This document shows, piece after piece, positions 1 through 10,308 of a stretch of 24,180 bases of DNA. The position numbers and the translations under genes were made by a program. The stretch is from NCBI GenBank assembly GCA_015489035.1, contig WFMP01000074.1, positions 1 to 24,180 on the forward strand, given 5' to 3'. The first letter of the stretch is position 1, and each line of letters opens with the position of its first letter. The stretch comes from Candidatus Altimarinota bacterium (GTDB lineage Bacteria > Patescibacteriota > Gracilibacteria > Absconditabacterales > Absconditicoccaceae). A model generated the notes under the pieces. It was not told where the DNA came from, searched no databases, and saw only the letters and a program-made list of their open reading frames with translations.

Positions 1-71
1 CATCAAAATAATTCTTTATCTAATTTAAAATATATTTTATCCATAGTTTCTAATAATTGTTTAGTTATCAT
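1..71 (-). CDS. Hypothetical protein, 5' part only (runs off window start)
   Basis: ATG at 71, 21 nt downstream of the HD gene stop. Reads MITKQLLETMDKIYFKLDKELFG (TGA=Gly) with no stop before the edge. Confidence 0.5.
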
Positions 72-92
72 AATGTTTTTTTAGTTATAAAA

Positions 93-680
93 TTATTTCT
101 CCTTATAAAACATATTTTCTTTTTCTGCTTTTTCAAAATATATATCTAAAATTCTATCAAGTCAGAATTCAGAATCTACTTTTGAGTATTGATTTTCTTT
201 TGTTTTTTCTAAATTATAATTCCATTCTCTCCAACCTTTTCAGTTAGCTAAAACATTTTGAATAATAGGATGAGTTTTATCTAAAGAATAAACAAATCTT
301 GCTTCTTTAGAATCTTTTGATTCATATTCTTTAATTAAATCAATTACATTTCATAAAACATTTCAAAATTCTTTTTCTAACTTATCTAAGGCATCTTTTT
401 CTCTTTTTTCTTTAGTTTTTAATCATTCTGTATCAACTACTGCAATCGTATCTCAAGCATATATTTCAACTAAATCATGAATTAAAGCAATTTTAATACA
501 TTTCTCTATATTTAGCTTTGGAAAATCTTCAGCAAAAACAATAACCATCATTGCTAAATGATAACTATGCTCTGCGTCATTTTCTTGTTTTCAATTTTTT
601 AGATAAATTGCTCTATCTATATCTTTCATTTTATCTATTAATTCAATTAATTTCAGTTTATTTCCTAGATTTTTTATCAT
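93..680 (-). CDS. HD-domain phosphohydrolase (YfbR/HDDC2-like 5'-deoxynucleotidase family), 195 aa
   Basis: Open under table 25, ATG 680 to TAA 93. Motifs QENDAEHSYHLAMM, ALIHDLVEIYAGD and ARFVYSLDK are typical of HD_3 proteins. Confidence 0.85.
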
Positions 681-701
681 AATATTTTTTTAATTATAAA
701 A

Positions 702-1973
702 CTAAATAATTTTATCTAAATTTTCATAATCTAAAGTATTAAAATAATCCTTCAAAGTTTGAGCTCTTCTAATTTGTATAACCTCACCATTTTCTTTCAG
801 CAATAATTCCTTTGCTCTTAATTTTGCATTATAATTAAATCCCATAGCATAACCGTGAGCTCAGGCATCATGCAAAACTATATAATCTCAAATTTCAACT
901 TTTGGTAACTTTCTATCTATTGCAAATTTATCATTGTTTTCACATAAAGAACCTGTCACATCATAAGTATAGTCTTTTGAATTATTTTCTTTTCCTAAAA
1001 CTGTTAAATAATGATATGCTCCATACATTCCTGGTCTCATAAAATCTGCCATAGAAGCATTTAATCAAACATATTTTTTATAAGTATCTTTTAAATGGAC
1101 TACTTTTGCAACCAACTGAGCATAAGGTCAAGAAATATTTCTTCATTGCTCCATTACTATATTTAGTGGAATCTTTCTTTTACTATTATCTATCAAACTA
1201 TCATAAACTGTTTTTATTTCTTTTGAAACATATTCTAAATCCACTTCTTTGTCATCTGGATGGTATGGTATTCCTACTCCTCATCATAAATTGATAAAAT
1301 TGAATTCTATTCAAACTTTTTGTTCAATTTCTACAACTAATTCTAAAAGCAATTTAGCAGTTTCTACTAACGAATCTGGATTTAAATCATTTGACATAAC
1401 CATAGTATGAAGTCCAAATTTTTTAGCTCACAGATTTTTTAGTTTTTTATAAGCCTCAAGAATTTGTTTTTTTTTCATTCAGTATTTAGCTTCTGAAGGA
1501 ATTCAAATAATATCATTTCAACCAGTTTTTTCATCTCCTGGATTATATCTACAACAAACATATTCAGTTAATTTTCATACATTTGCCATATAAAAATCTA
1601 TATGAGAAATATCGTCAAAATTTACTATTGCATTTAATTCTTTTGCTTTTTTAAAATCTTCAACTGGTGTATCATTTGAAGTAAACATTATATCAGGTCA
1701 TACATTTCAAACACTTTCTGATAAATATAATTCTCATAAAGAACTACAATCCATTCAACATCATTCTTCTTTCAAAATTTCCAAAATATAAGGATTTGGA
1801 TGAGCCTTTACAGCATAATAGTTCTTAAAATTTGGTACCCAAGAAAATGCTTTATAAACACTTCTTACTTTTTCTCTAAGACCTTTTTCATTAAAAATTA
1901 AAAAAGGAGTTCAAAAATTCTTATCAAGTTTTTTAATATCTTCTAGTGTGTATGGAAGTTTATATCTATTCAT
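702..1973 (-). CDS. lysA: Diaminopimelate decarboxylase (PLP fold III), 423 aa
   Basis: YAVKAHPNP (PLP lysine), MDCSS, CCRYNPG, EAKYGM, GLHTMVMSN, INLGGGVGIPY, EQGRY, RPGMYGAYH, VTGSLCENNDKFA, HDAGAHGYAMGFNYNAKLR. Closely follows the streptococcal/clostridial LysA type as I recall it. Confidence 0.9.
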
Positions 1974-2046
1974 AAATATTTATTAATAATAAATACTATA
2001 ATTTTTAATATTTAAAAAAGTTATTTCAAGGAAAGAATTATCAATT

Positions 2047-3783
2047 TTATTCCAACACCACTCCGTTTTGCAAGTCAACCAATGTTTTGTATATTTTATT
2101 TGTTTTGATAAGATCATTATGTTTTCACTCTCATCAAACTTTTCCATTTTCTAACACTATAATTTTATCTGAATGCATTACTGTTTGGAGTCTATGAGCA
2201 ATTACTATACTTGTTCTTCATTCCATAAGTTCATCAAGTGCTTTTGTAATTTTATGTTCTGAGATACTATCAAGTGCAGAAGTTGGTTCATCAAGTATAA
2301 TTATTTTCGGGTCTTTCAAAAATATCCTAGCTATCGCTAATCTCTGTTTTTCTCATCAACTTAATTTTACTCATTTTTCACCAACTTCAGTATCAAGTCA
2401 TTTTTCTAATTTTTCTATCATATCTACTATCTGTGCTTTCTCCAATGCCTCCCAAATTTTTTCTTCCTTATTTTCTATATTTTCTCCATCAAAAGCATAT
2501 TCCAAATTTTCTCTTATAGTTCCATCAAAAATTCAAGGTTCTTGTGATAAATATCAAATATATTTATATAAACTTTCTATTTTCAAGTCTTTTAAATTTT
2601 GTCAATCTATAAATATTTCTCAACTTTTATAATCATAAAGTCTTAATAAAATCTTTATAATTGTAGATTTTCAATTTCCACTATGACCAACCAATGCATT
2701 TTTCTTTCAATCTAAAAATTCTAAATTTAAATTTTTAAACAATATTTTATCCTTACTATATCAAAAAACTAAATTTCTAATCTTTATTTCTCATTTTTTA
2801 AATACAAAATCTTTTGTTCCATCTTTTATTTCAGTTGGCGTATTCAAGAAATTTTTTAATTTTTTATAAACTTCTAAATCTTCTGTAATTCTATTTATTT
2901 CTCTGATTGCAGTTTCTATAGGATTCCACAAAGTCCATAAATATCAAATTATCATAACTATCATAGCAATAGTCATCTCTCATTTTAATACCAAACTTCA
3001 CAAAAAGAAATATGTACTAAATTCTAAAATCTTTACAAAAAAGAATAAACTAGAATAAAGTATAACTTGATGTTTTCTTATATTTGATCTATATTTTGGT
3101 AAATCTTTTAATATTTGTTTTGAATAATTTAATTCTTGATTTGTTTTTCAAAAAATTTTTATAAGCAAAAATTCATTTATTATTTTTATAATTAATCTGC
3201 TATCTTTTTCATATATTTCATTCTCTGCTTTTACATATTTTTTTATTTTTCTCTTAATATAAGAATTAAGAGAATACATTAAAATAAGAAAAATAATTAA
3301 TATAAACAAAAATAAAGGAAGAAAATAAACAAAAATTATTGATATAACTATAATTTTAAAAACTGTATTTGTCATTATTTCAATAATACCAAGAAAAATA
3401 TTTGCTTGGGCTTGAACTCATCTATTGAATCTGGCAATAAGTTTTCAACTTCATTCATCTATAATTTGACTATAATTTTTCTCTAAAAGTTGTTTCTTAT
3501 AATTTTGATTTATATTTTTTAAATAGACAGCTCGTAGTTTTGATTGTAATATAGATGCTACTACCCAAAACAAGGAAGCCAAAACAACAAAAAATATTCA
3601 CACACTAAACCAAAATAACAAATCATGATAACTTCATTTAATTTCTAAAATATGTATTAATTCTTTACTTATCTGCGGAAAATACAAAAAAATAGATTCA
3701 GTTAAAAATAGAATCAAAACTGTGATATAAAATTCTTTTTTTACAATTTTATAACTTTTTAATATACTTATTATTTCTTTCAT
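2047..3783 (-). CDS. ABC exporter, fused TMD+NBD half-transporter (MsbA/Sav1866-like), 578 aa
   Basis: Hydrophobic N-terminal half. Walker A GHSGNGKST, Q-loop YLSQEP, signature LSGGEKQR (both Gly encoded by TGA, 2353-2358), Walker [14 protein letters not shown]-loop IAHRL. Confidence 0.93.
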
Positions 3784-3788
3784 AAAAT

Positions 3789-4514
3789 TTAATCTTTCTT
3801 AATAAAATTCACATCAATTATATTACCCTCTTCAACTATTTCTCAGCCAAAGTTTTTATAATTAAATATATTTTTTTCACAAACATTTTTTACCAATTTT
3901 CATTTTATTTTTTTAACTCAATGACTAATCTTTTTTCAATCTGGTTTAAGAAAATTTATATTTATTATTTTTATTCAAGCATTTAAGATCTTCTCTAACT
4001 TCTTTTTGTGTCTTGAACAATTAGTTCACAGTCAAATAAGTTTTGCATAATTTATTGGCAGTAAATTTACTATATAATCAGGTTTTAAATCAATAATGGT
4101 ATCTGGGATTTTATCCCACCAAAATTTATATAAATCAGTTTTCTCAAGTGGTAATTTATAGTTTCATATTTTATCAAGTGGTTTCAAAATTCCATACATT
4201 CAAGAAAAGATTAAGAAATTATCTTCAAAAAACTTTTTTCATTGTTCATTCATTCAATTATAATCAATAGCATTATACATCACACCAGAATATCTATTTA
4301 TTGCTTCTAAAAAATATTTCTGCTTTCATTCACACAAAGTTTCGTTTAGTAAAAATCCTTCTTCAAATCTTTTTCAAGTACATTTTAAATTTTTTTCAGA
4401 AACAGAAGTTGCAATTTTACAAGGTTTTCCAAATTTAAAACTTAATTTCTCTTCTTTATAATTTCATCAATTAGTTTTTCCTTCACTTGGAGGAAGTAGA
4501 AATATTATTTTCAT
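3789..4514 (-). CDS. yaaA: YaaA/DUF328 peroxide-stress DNA-binding protein, 241 aa
   Basis: LLPPSEGK N-terminus, AINRYSGVMYNAID, LIFSGMYGILKPLDKIGNYKL, VNLLP, and KISHGVKKIKGKLVK (equivalent of the YaaA 'S..AKKARG' motif). Confidence 0.85.
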
Positions 4515-4516
4515 AA

Positions 4517-4771
4517 TTATTTTTTAAAATTATCTACTAAATCTAATTTTTGTTGTCTTTTTAGTTTTTTAATTTCAATTTCTCTCTTTGTTGCTTTACT
4601 TCTATTCTCAGATTTTTCAAAATAAATAAGTTCTACAGGTTGTCTAGCCTTCGTATATTTTGCTCATCCTAAAATATCTCCATTATGCTGTTTTAACCTT
4701 TTTTCTAAATTAGTTGTAATTCAAGTATAAAGTGTATTATCAGAACATTTTAAAACATAAACAAAATACAT
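4517..4771 (-). CDS. GIY-YIG endonuclease, UPF0213 (YhbQ/YazA-like), 84 aa
   Basis: [30 protein letters not shown]...GAKYTKARQPVELIYFE...A.KRE..IKKL. Confidence 0.92.
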
Positions 4772-4782
4772 AAATAAGTTAT

Positions 4783-4810
4783 TTGACAAAAATAATAAAA
4801 ACTGTATAAT
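4783..4810 (+). promoter_or_regulatory. Sigma70-type promoter for cutA
   Basis: Perfect TTGACA (4783-4788), 16-nt spacer, TATAAT (4805-4810), about 50 nt upstream of the cutA ATG. Confidence 0.75.
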
Positions 4811-4820
4811 TTAATAACAA
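4792..4820 (-). promoter_or_regulatory. Candidate sigma70 promoter for the GIY-YIG/yaaA/ABC operon
   Basis: Minus strand TTGTTA (4820-4815), 17-nt spacer, TATTAT (4797-4792). The AT-rich background lowers specificity. Confidence 0.45.
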
Positions 4821-4859
4821 CTAAGAGTAGTTAAATTTAATTAAATAAAAATAAACAAA

Positions 4860-5306
4860 ATGAAAGAATATTCAACAAGAAAGTATATTAAATATGTTCA
4901 AATAAACATAACTTGTCCAAACATAGAAACAGCTGACAAAATATCTACAGCTTTGGTGAATAGAAAATTAGTAAGTTGTGTTCAAATTACAGATACAATT
5001 AAATCAGTTTATCTATGGAACTGAAAGATAGAAAAAAACCACGAACTTGTTCTAACAGCAAAAACGAGAGCAAGGTATTTCTTAACTATTGAAAGAACAG
5101 TAAAAGAATTACATCCATACACAACACCAGAAATTATTGCTCTACCTATAATTAAATGATCAAATGAATATTTAAGATGGATAGATGAAAGTCTATGATT
5201 AAAAACTGTGGATTTTGAAAATAATACTGTCATTAAAGAAGAAAAAGAAAAAGAAAAAGAAAAAGAAAAAGAAAATAATAGTAAAAAAACTAAAATTAAA
5301 ATTTAA
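4860..5306 (+). CDS. cutA: Divalent-cation tolerance protein CutA with charged C-terminal extension, 148 aa
   Basis: ITCPNIETADKISTALVNRKLVSCVQI, SVYLWNGKIE, E..L.AKT, ELHPYTTPEII.LPI..G..EYLRWI. Confidence 0.9.
5241..5275 (+). repeat. In-frame hexanucleotide tandem repeat (GAAAAA)x5 plus a partial unit, encoding (EK)n
   Basis: gaaaaa gaaaaa gaaaaa gaaaaa gaaaaa gaaaa, read directly in the cutA 3' end. Confidence 0.95.
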
Positions 5307-5315
5307 AAAAATACG

Positions 5316-5954
5316 TTAAGAGAGAAATTCTCTCTTTTTTTTAATATTATATTTTTCTATATCTTTAAGAAATTTATAAATAGGTTCAGAAATCATATTT
5401 TTAATACTTAATAAACCTTTTTCATAATATATTTCTATTATCTTCGAACTACTTAACTCATAACTTGATTGTCATAATTCAATAACTTCTAAATCGAGAC
5501 TAGATGATTTTAAAATATAATTATAATCTCAAACAGGAAATCATTTTCTTTTGAAAAAATAAATTTTTTTAAATTTAAAAGAAGATATTTTACTAAGTCT
5601 AATAGCATTTAAAATTTTAAGGAATTGATCACTTCATAAAGCTATCCCGTCAAAATCTTCTCATATAATTTCATTTCTTGTATCATTTCAAACCGAAAAA
5701 TTTGGATATAATATATTCAGCATAAAAAATACATTTTGAATACCCAAAAAATTTTCTTTCATATTTAATTTCCTTAGATTTTCGTTAAATTTTCAATCAT
5801 TATTTTTATCTAAAAATTTTTTTATGATTTTATCTCATAATTTTATAGAAAAATATATATCATTATTAGTTTTTGAAGCTAATTTTTCTATAAATTCTTC
5901 ATGTCAAAGATGTAAAGGTCAAAATGAACCAGGTACATAAATAGGCTTTTTCAT
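5316..5954 (-). CDS. HxGH cytidylyltransferase-superfamily nucleotidyltransferase, NadD-like, 212 aa
   Basis: GSFGPLHLGH (HxGH), IALGSDQF (cf. NadD IIGAD), FKRKG, ELSSSKII (cf. ISST.IR). Substrate not established. Confidence 0.7.
5318..5342 (+). terminator. Intrinsic terminator after cutA (overlaps the 3' end of the convergent gene)
   Basis: Inverted repeat AAGAGAGAA/TTCTCTCTT followed by a T run. Confidence 0.7.
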
Positions 5955-5956
5955 AA

Positions 5957-6463
5957 TTAATATTTTACTAAACTAATAATCTTTTTATTTCAAAACTTAT
6001 TTCTTCCATTTAAAAAATCTAATTCAATTACAAAACTTAGACTATCTATTTTTCAACCTAATTTTTCGACCAAATCACAAGCTGCTTTTGCACTTCCACC
6101 GGTTGCAAGCAAATCATCAATTATTGCGACTTTATCTCATTTTTTAATTGCTGTTTTTTGCATTTCAAAAGTGTTACTTCCATATTCCAAATCATAAGAG
6201 ATATTCTCACATTCTCATGGAAGTTTTCATTTCTTTCTAAGCATAACAAAAGGTTTTTTCATTTCATATGCTAAAATTGAACCAAATATAAAACCTCTTG
6301 CATCAAGACCTACAATTTTATCTATGTCTCAAATATTTTGTTTAAATTGTTCTATTGTAAATTTCAAAGCATCATAATTTTGCAAAATAGGACTCATATC
6401 TTTAAAACTTATCCCTTCTTTTGGGAAATCTTGAATTTCTGCAATATAATTTTTTAAGTTCAT
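5957..6463 (-). CDS. apt: Adenine phosphoribosyltransferase, 168 aa
   Basis: IQDFPKEGISFKDMSPIL, GLDARGFIFG, MLRKKGKLPG, YDLEYG, PRPP loop IIDDLLATGGS. Confidence 0.96.
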
Positions 6464-6473
6464 AATATATAAT

Positions 6474-8621
6474 TTATAATCCAAAATTTTTAATAACTAC
6501 TCCAGGAAAATACCATTGAATAATTTGTTTATAATTTAATCATTTTCTAGCAAGATATTCTGCTCATTTTCAGCTTAACCCTACTCCATGTCAGTAAAAT
6601 TTATTACATTTTCACAAATCTATGTTATTTACCAAATATGGAGTATCCACCCAACCAAATTTCTGTGCAGCTGACAATGTAAAGCCAGGAGAACAACTAA
6701 AATAAGGTAAAATAGGAATATAATTATCATAAAGTAAATATTGATTTTTTGTAGCCTTAAGTGCCTTCGACCATAACTTTGAAGTTTTCTCATATCCAGC
6801 TCCGACATATTTTTGAAATATTCTTGGATCATCTATAGCATTATAAACAGCTTGTTTAGGTATTGAAGGTTGAATATTTCACTTATCCAAATAAAATAAT
6901 AAATAAGTTTTTGCTAATAAAGCCATTACTTTTATTTTTTCAAAAGGCATCTGATCATCACTTTCTGCAATTCAAGCAAGATAATCATTTATTTTCAACA
7001 TATTAATTACAATAAATTTCCTTTCATATTTTCATCACATTCCTTTTATCAATCCTTTTTTAATAGCAATATTTCATTTAAAACTATTCCAAGGAATTCA
7101 AGCATAAGACTTTCTATGGTAATTTTTAAATATTATTATTCAACCATTACTTAAGATAGTTAAAGAATGAGTAGTTATAGATTTATTTTTAAACCAAACT
7201 ATTAAATTAGAAAATTTATCTACTTCAAAAGATTTTAAATTTTTAAAAATTCATTTACTTGTAATTATTGTACAATTATTTGTACATTCTATGTTATAAT
7301 ATTTTAATTTAGACAATTCATAAAGCAATACTTTCACAGGTTTTTTTATTAAAGTAGAAATCTGATTAAAATAAATTTTATGTTTAATCTTTATTATTTT
7401 ATGGGTATTTACTTTTCATCATAGATATTTCAAAGCTTTTTGTTTCATTAAATATCTTATATTATCCATAAAAATAGGATAAACTTGTATTTTATAATTA
7501 TATTTTGATGAAGATGCAGTTATCCATTTATTTCAAAAAACAAAATATCATCTCCTCTGTAAAGTAATTGTATTTCATTTACAAGTAATTTCTAATCAAA
7601 CTATATTTGAATCACATTTTTGTAAATCTTTTACATTTTTTAATTTAATTACAATTTTATTAGTTAATGAAAATTTTTTTCAAATATAAATAGTTTTATT
7701 TTGTTTAACAAAAGATATATTTTTAATTCTTGGGTTTTCTATTCTTGATTTATAATTTTTTAATCTTAAATAAACTTGTCTTCTAATATAAGGCAAATCA
7801 GCATACAAATATTTACCTGGACAATCAGTATGTCCAGTGTCTCTATGTCAAACTATAGAAAAATGTGTAACATTTTGAATATAAGGAGGTTTCTGGAAAG
7901 ATTCTTTATGATAAACAACTTTATTGTATGGATTAATATTATATTTTCTGGCCAAAGCTGTTGATAATTTTATTAATGAAGCTAACTGCTTTTTTGTAGG
8001 TTTTTCTATATTAAAATTTCAAATCAGAGCTATTCAAATAGAAGGAGGATTATTATAAGAAGAATTCGCACCTACAACTCAAGCTCAACCTTGCCTTCAT
8101 TCGTAAATATTTCAAAATTGATCTATTAAAAAATTATATCAAATATCTCACCATTTCCTAATAATCGCATGATAATAATAAACTCACCTAATATATTTTT
8201 CTATTGCTTGTTTAGTCTTAAATCTCTTATAATCAGCAGCAGTATGATGTATTATTATATCTGTTTTATGGAATTTATATCACAAAGGCCACCAAAGTTT
8301 CTTTCAATTTAAATTATAAACTACTTTATTAAGCTTAATTTGATTTTTCCAATGAGATAACATATACTTTTCTCTATCTTTTTCTATAGTCCTTTCTTTT
8401 AGATTTCGCCAATATTTTTTAGGATCTTCGGTTATCCTTTTATCTAAATCTTTATTTTGTTTAATAATATCTTTATAAATTTTAAAATCTGAAAATAAAT
8501 ACTTATTATTTGCACCCCATTCCTGTCTTGTAATAATTTTTATTCATGGAAGATTCCGCTGAATTGCAAAAGTTGAGGATACGAACAAAAAAAATAACAA
8601 ACAACCTAATAATTTTTTCAT
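6474..8621 (-). CDS. Secreted multidomain peptidoglycan hydrolase: Amidase_2/PGRP-like Zn amidase + SpoIID/LytB-like domain, 715 aa
   Basis: One frame, ATG 8621 to TAA 6474. Signal peptide MKKLLGCLLFFLFVSSTFA. Amidase motifs IITRQEWGA, IIIHHTA, WGDIGYNFLID.FGNIYEGR, VGHRD...TDCPG. SpoIID motifs INDYLAGIAE, KVMALLAKTY, FQKYVG, PYFSCSPGFT, YGHGVGLSGKGAEYLARKGLNYKQIIQWYFPG. Confidence 0.85.
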
Positions 8622-8723
8622 AAAATATTTTTTTTAAATAAATATGTTCAATGTATACAAAATTTAAAAAAATTTTCAACAATAAAAATTATATTCAACT
8701 TAAGTTCAAGCTTAAAAAAGTTT

Positions 8724-9098
8724 CTACCATCTTACTATTTCATATTTGATTTTCTTATCTTTTATAATTTTCTCTATTTGTTTTTCATTCAGATTTTGTC
8801 TAGATTTACCAGTTTTAATCTCCAAAAAAACTATTTGTTTTAAATTTCAATTTGATAATCCATCAAAGATAACATAATCTACTCATTTTCACAAAAAATT
8901 CATATCTTTGGGATGATAGTTTATATCTTGCATAAAAGGAGCTAAAGTTTCGTAACTTTCTCATAAAATAACAGAACGAGATTTTTTTACAGATTTTTGT
9001 CTCTCTTTTCTTAACTCAGTATATTTAATTATTTTTCAAATAAAATATCACAAAAAAAATGAAACTATCACTATTCATCACCAATATATTTTTTCCAT
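8724..9098 (-). CDS. Endonuclease related to archaeal Holliday-junction resolvase (PD-(D/E)xK) with N-terminal TM helix, 124 aa
   Basis: Hydrophobic N-terminus, then KSRSVILGESYETLAPF, FLGKGVDYVIFDGL, IVFLEIKTGKS..N.NEKQI. Confidence 0.8.
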
Positions 9099-9149
9099 AA
9101 TATTTACTTGAATTTATTTACTAAAACATTATTATACTCCTCACTTTAT

Positions 9150-9226
9150 GGTGGTTGTAGTTCAACTGGCAGAGCCCTGGTTTGTGGTACCAGTCGTTGC
9201 GGGTTCAAGTCCCGTCAGCCACCCCA
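9150..9226 (+). tRNA. tRNA-His(GTG), G-1 and CCA encoded
   Basis: Acceptor GTGGTTG/CAGCCAC, G-1:C73, anticodon arm CTGGT-TTGTGGT-ACCAG, T-loop TTCAAGT. Confidence 0.95.
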
Positions 9227-9238
9227 TTTAAGTTATTT

Positions 9239-9312
9239 GGCACCGTACCAGAGTGGTCTAATGGAGGGGCCTGCAAAGCCTTCTTTCACCGGTTCGAATC
9301 CGGTCGGTGCCT
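9239..9312 (+). tRNA. tRNA-Cys(GCA)
   Basis: Acceptor GGCACCG/CGGTGCC, U73, anticodon arm GGGGC-CTGCAAA-GCCTT, T arm ACCGG-TTCGAAT-CCGGT. Confidence 0.93.
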
Positions 9313-9352
9313 TGATCAAAAATCCACAAATTAAAAATATCATAAAATAATT

Positions 9353-9379
9353 AAGAGTAGTAAAATCTACTCTTTTTTT
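9353..9379 (+). terminator. Intrinsic terminator after the tRNA pair (possibly bidirectional for the pilin genes)
   Basis: AAGAGTAG-taaaat-CTACTCTT followed by a T run. Confidence 0.8.
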
Positions 9380-9385
9380 ATTTAA

Positions 9386-9856
9386 CTATTTAACTACATG
9401 TTGAGCATAAATAGAAATTACCCACATAGAGATTAACCAACTTACTCATATTGTAATAATTGCTATTATAGCCATTTTAATAAATTTTCCTCATTTTTTA
9501 ATTCATTCATCAGTTTTCCCAGTAAATACCATAGAGAAACCATAAACAAGGATCATAAAAGCTATAAAAGCTAAAATACTAAGAAAATAATTTATAAATT
9601 TTGAAATATAATAAATGGCAGGATTACCTTCACTACGAAAATCAGTTCATAAAAAACTTTTAGATAACTGATCTAAAGTAGAATTTTTATTGTTTGGAAT
9701 TATAATATCTTTCATAGAATCATTACTATTAATTGAAACTGTTATATGATGACTATCTGTAGATAAAGTGTATGGAAAATTTGCAGCATTAACTATAAAT
9801 AAACTTAAAAATAATCATAAAAAACTAACAATAAATATTTTTATTAAATTACTCAT
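9386..9856 (-). CDS. CPR-type pilin-like membrane protein (TrbC/VirB2-like), 156 aa
   Basis: Signal-like N-terminus ending VNA. C-terminal two-helix hairpin INYFLSILAFIAFMILVYGFSMVFTGKTDEGIKKGGKFIKMAIIAIITIGVSWLI. Confidence 0.65.
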
Positions 9857-10308
9857 GTATTTAAATTTACAAAATAAAATATTAAATTAATAAAAAGATA
9901 AGAAGCTCAAATTCAAACCAGAGCTAATATATAATTTCTTAAATTTACAAAAGCTTCTTTTTTCTTTCATTCATCTCATGCAGATGTTATCATAACAATT
10001 CCATCTTTTATAATTAAAATAATAACTATCAATCATAAAAATCATAAAAAATAATTTATCCATAAACTTAAATAATCAATAAAATCTTTTTTATGATCAT
10101 TTGTTCATGCCGCTATTCATTGCACTCATTGAACAGCTGAGGTTGTTCAATTTCTTAATGGATTATTTATATCATTTGATTTAATAACATTAGTTTGATT
10201 TTGTGTATAAATAGTTTGTGTATCACTATCCCACATATTATTAGCAAATACAAAAATACCAATAAAATTAATAAATGCCAGCAAAAATATAAATAAAGAT
10301 TTTTTCAT
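9844..10308 (-). CDS. CPR-type pilin-like membrane protein (TrbC/VirB2-like), 154 aa
   Basis: Signal-like N-terminus ending VFA. INYFLGFLGLIVIILIIKDGIVMITSAGDEGKKKEAFVNLRNYILALVGIGASYLFINLI. Overlaps the next gene by 13 nt. Confidence 0.7.

Noticed and set aside
4822-4830. TAAGAGTAG in the cutA leader, identical to the left arm of the terminator at 9352-9360
   Set aside because: No complementary arm is present, and a single 9-mer match in AT-rich DNA is too weak to support a repeat family.
9108-9350. 80-aa plus-strand ORF
   Set aside because: It runs through tRNA-His and tRNA-Cys, whose cloverleaves are complete.
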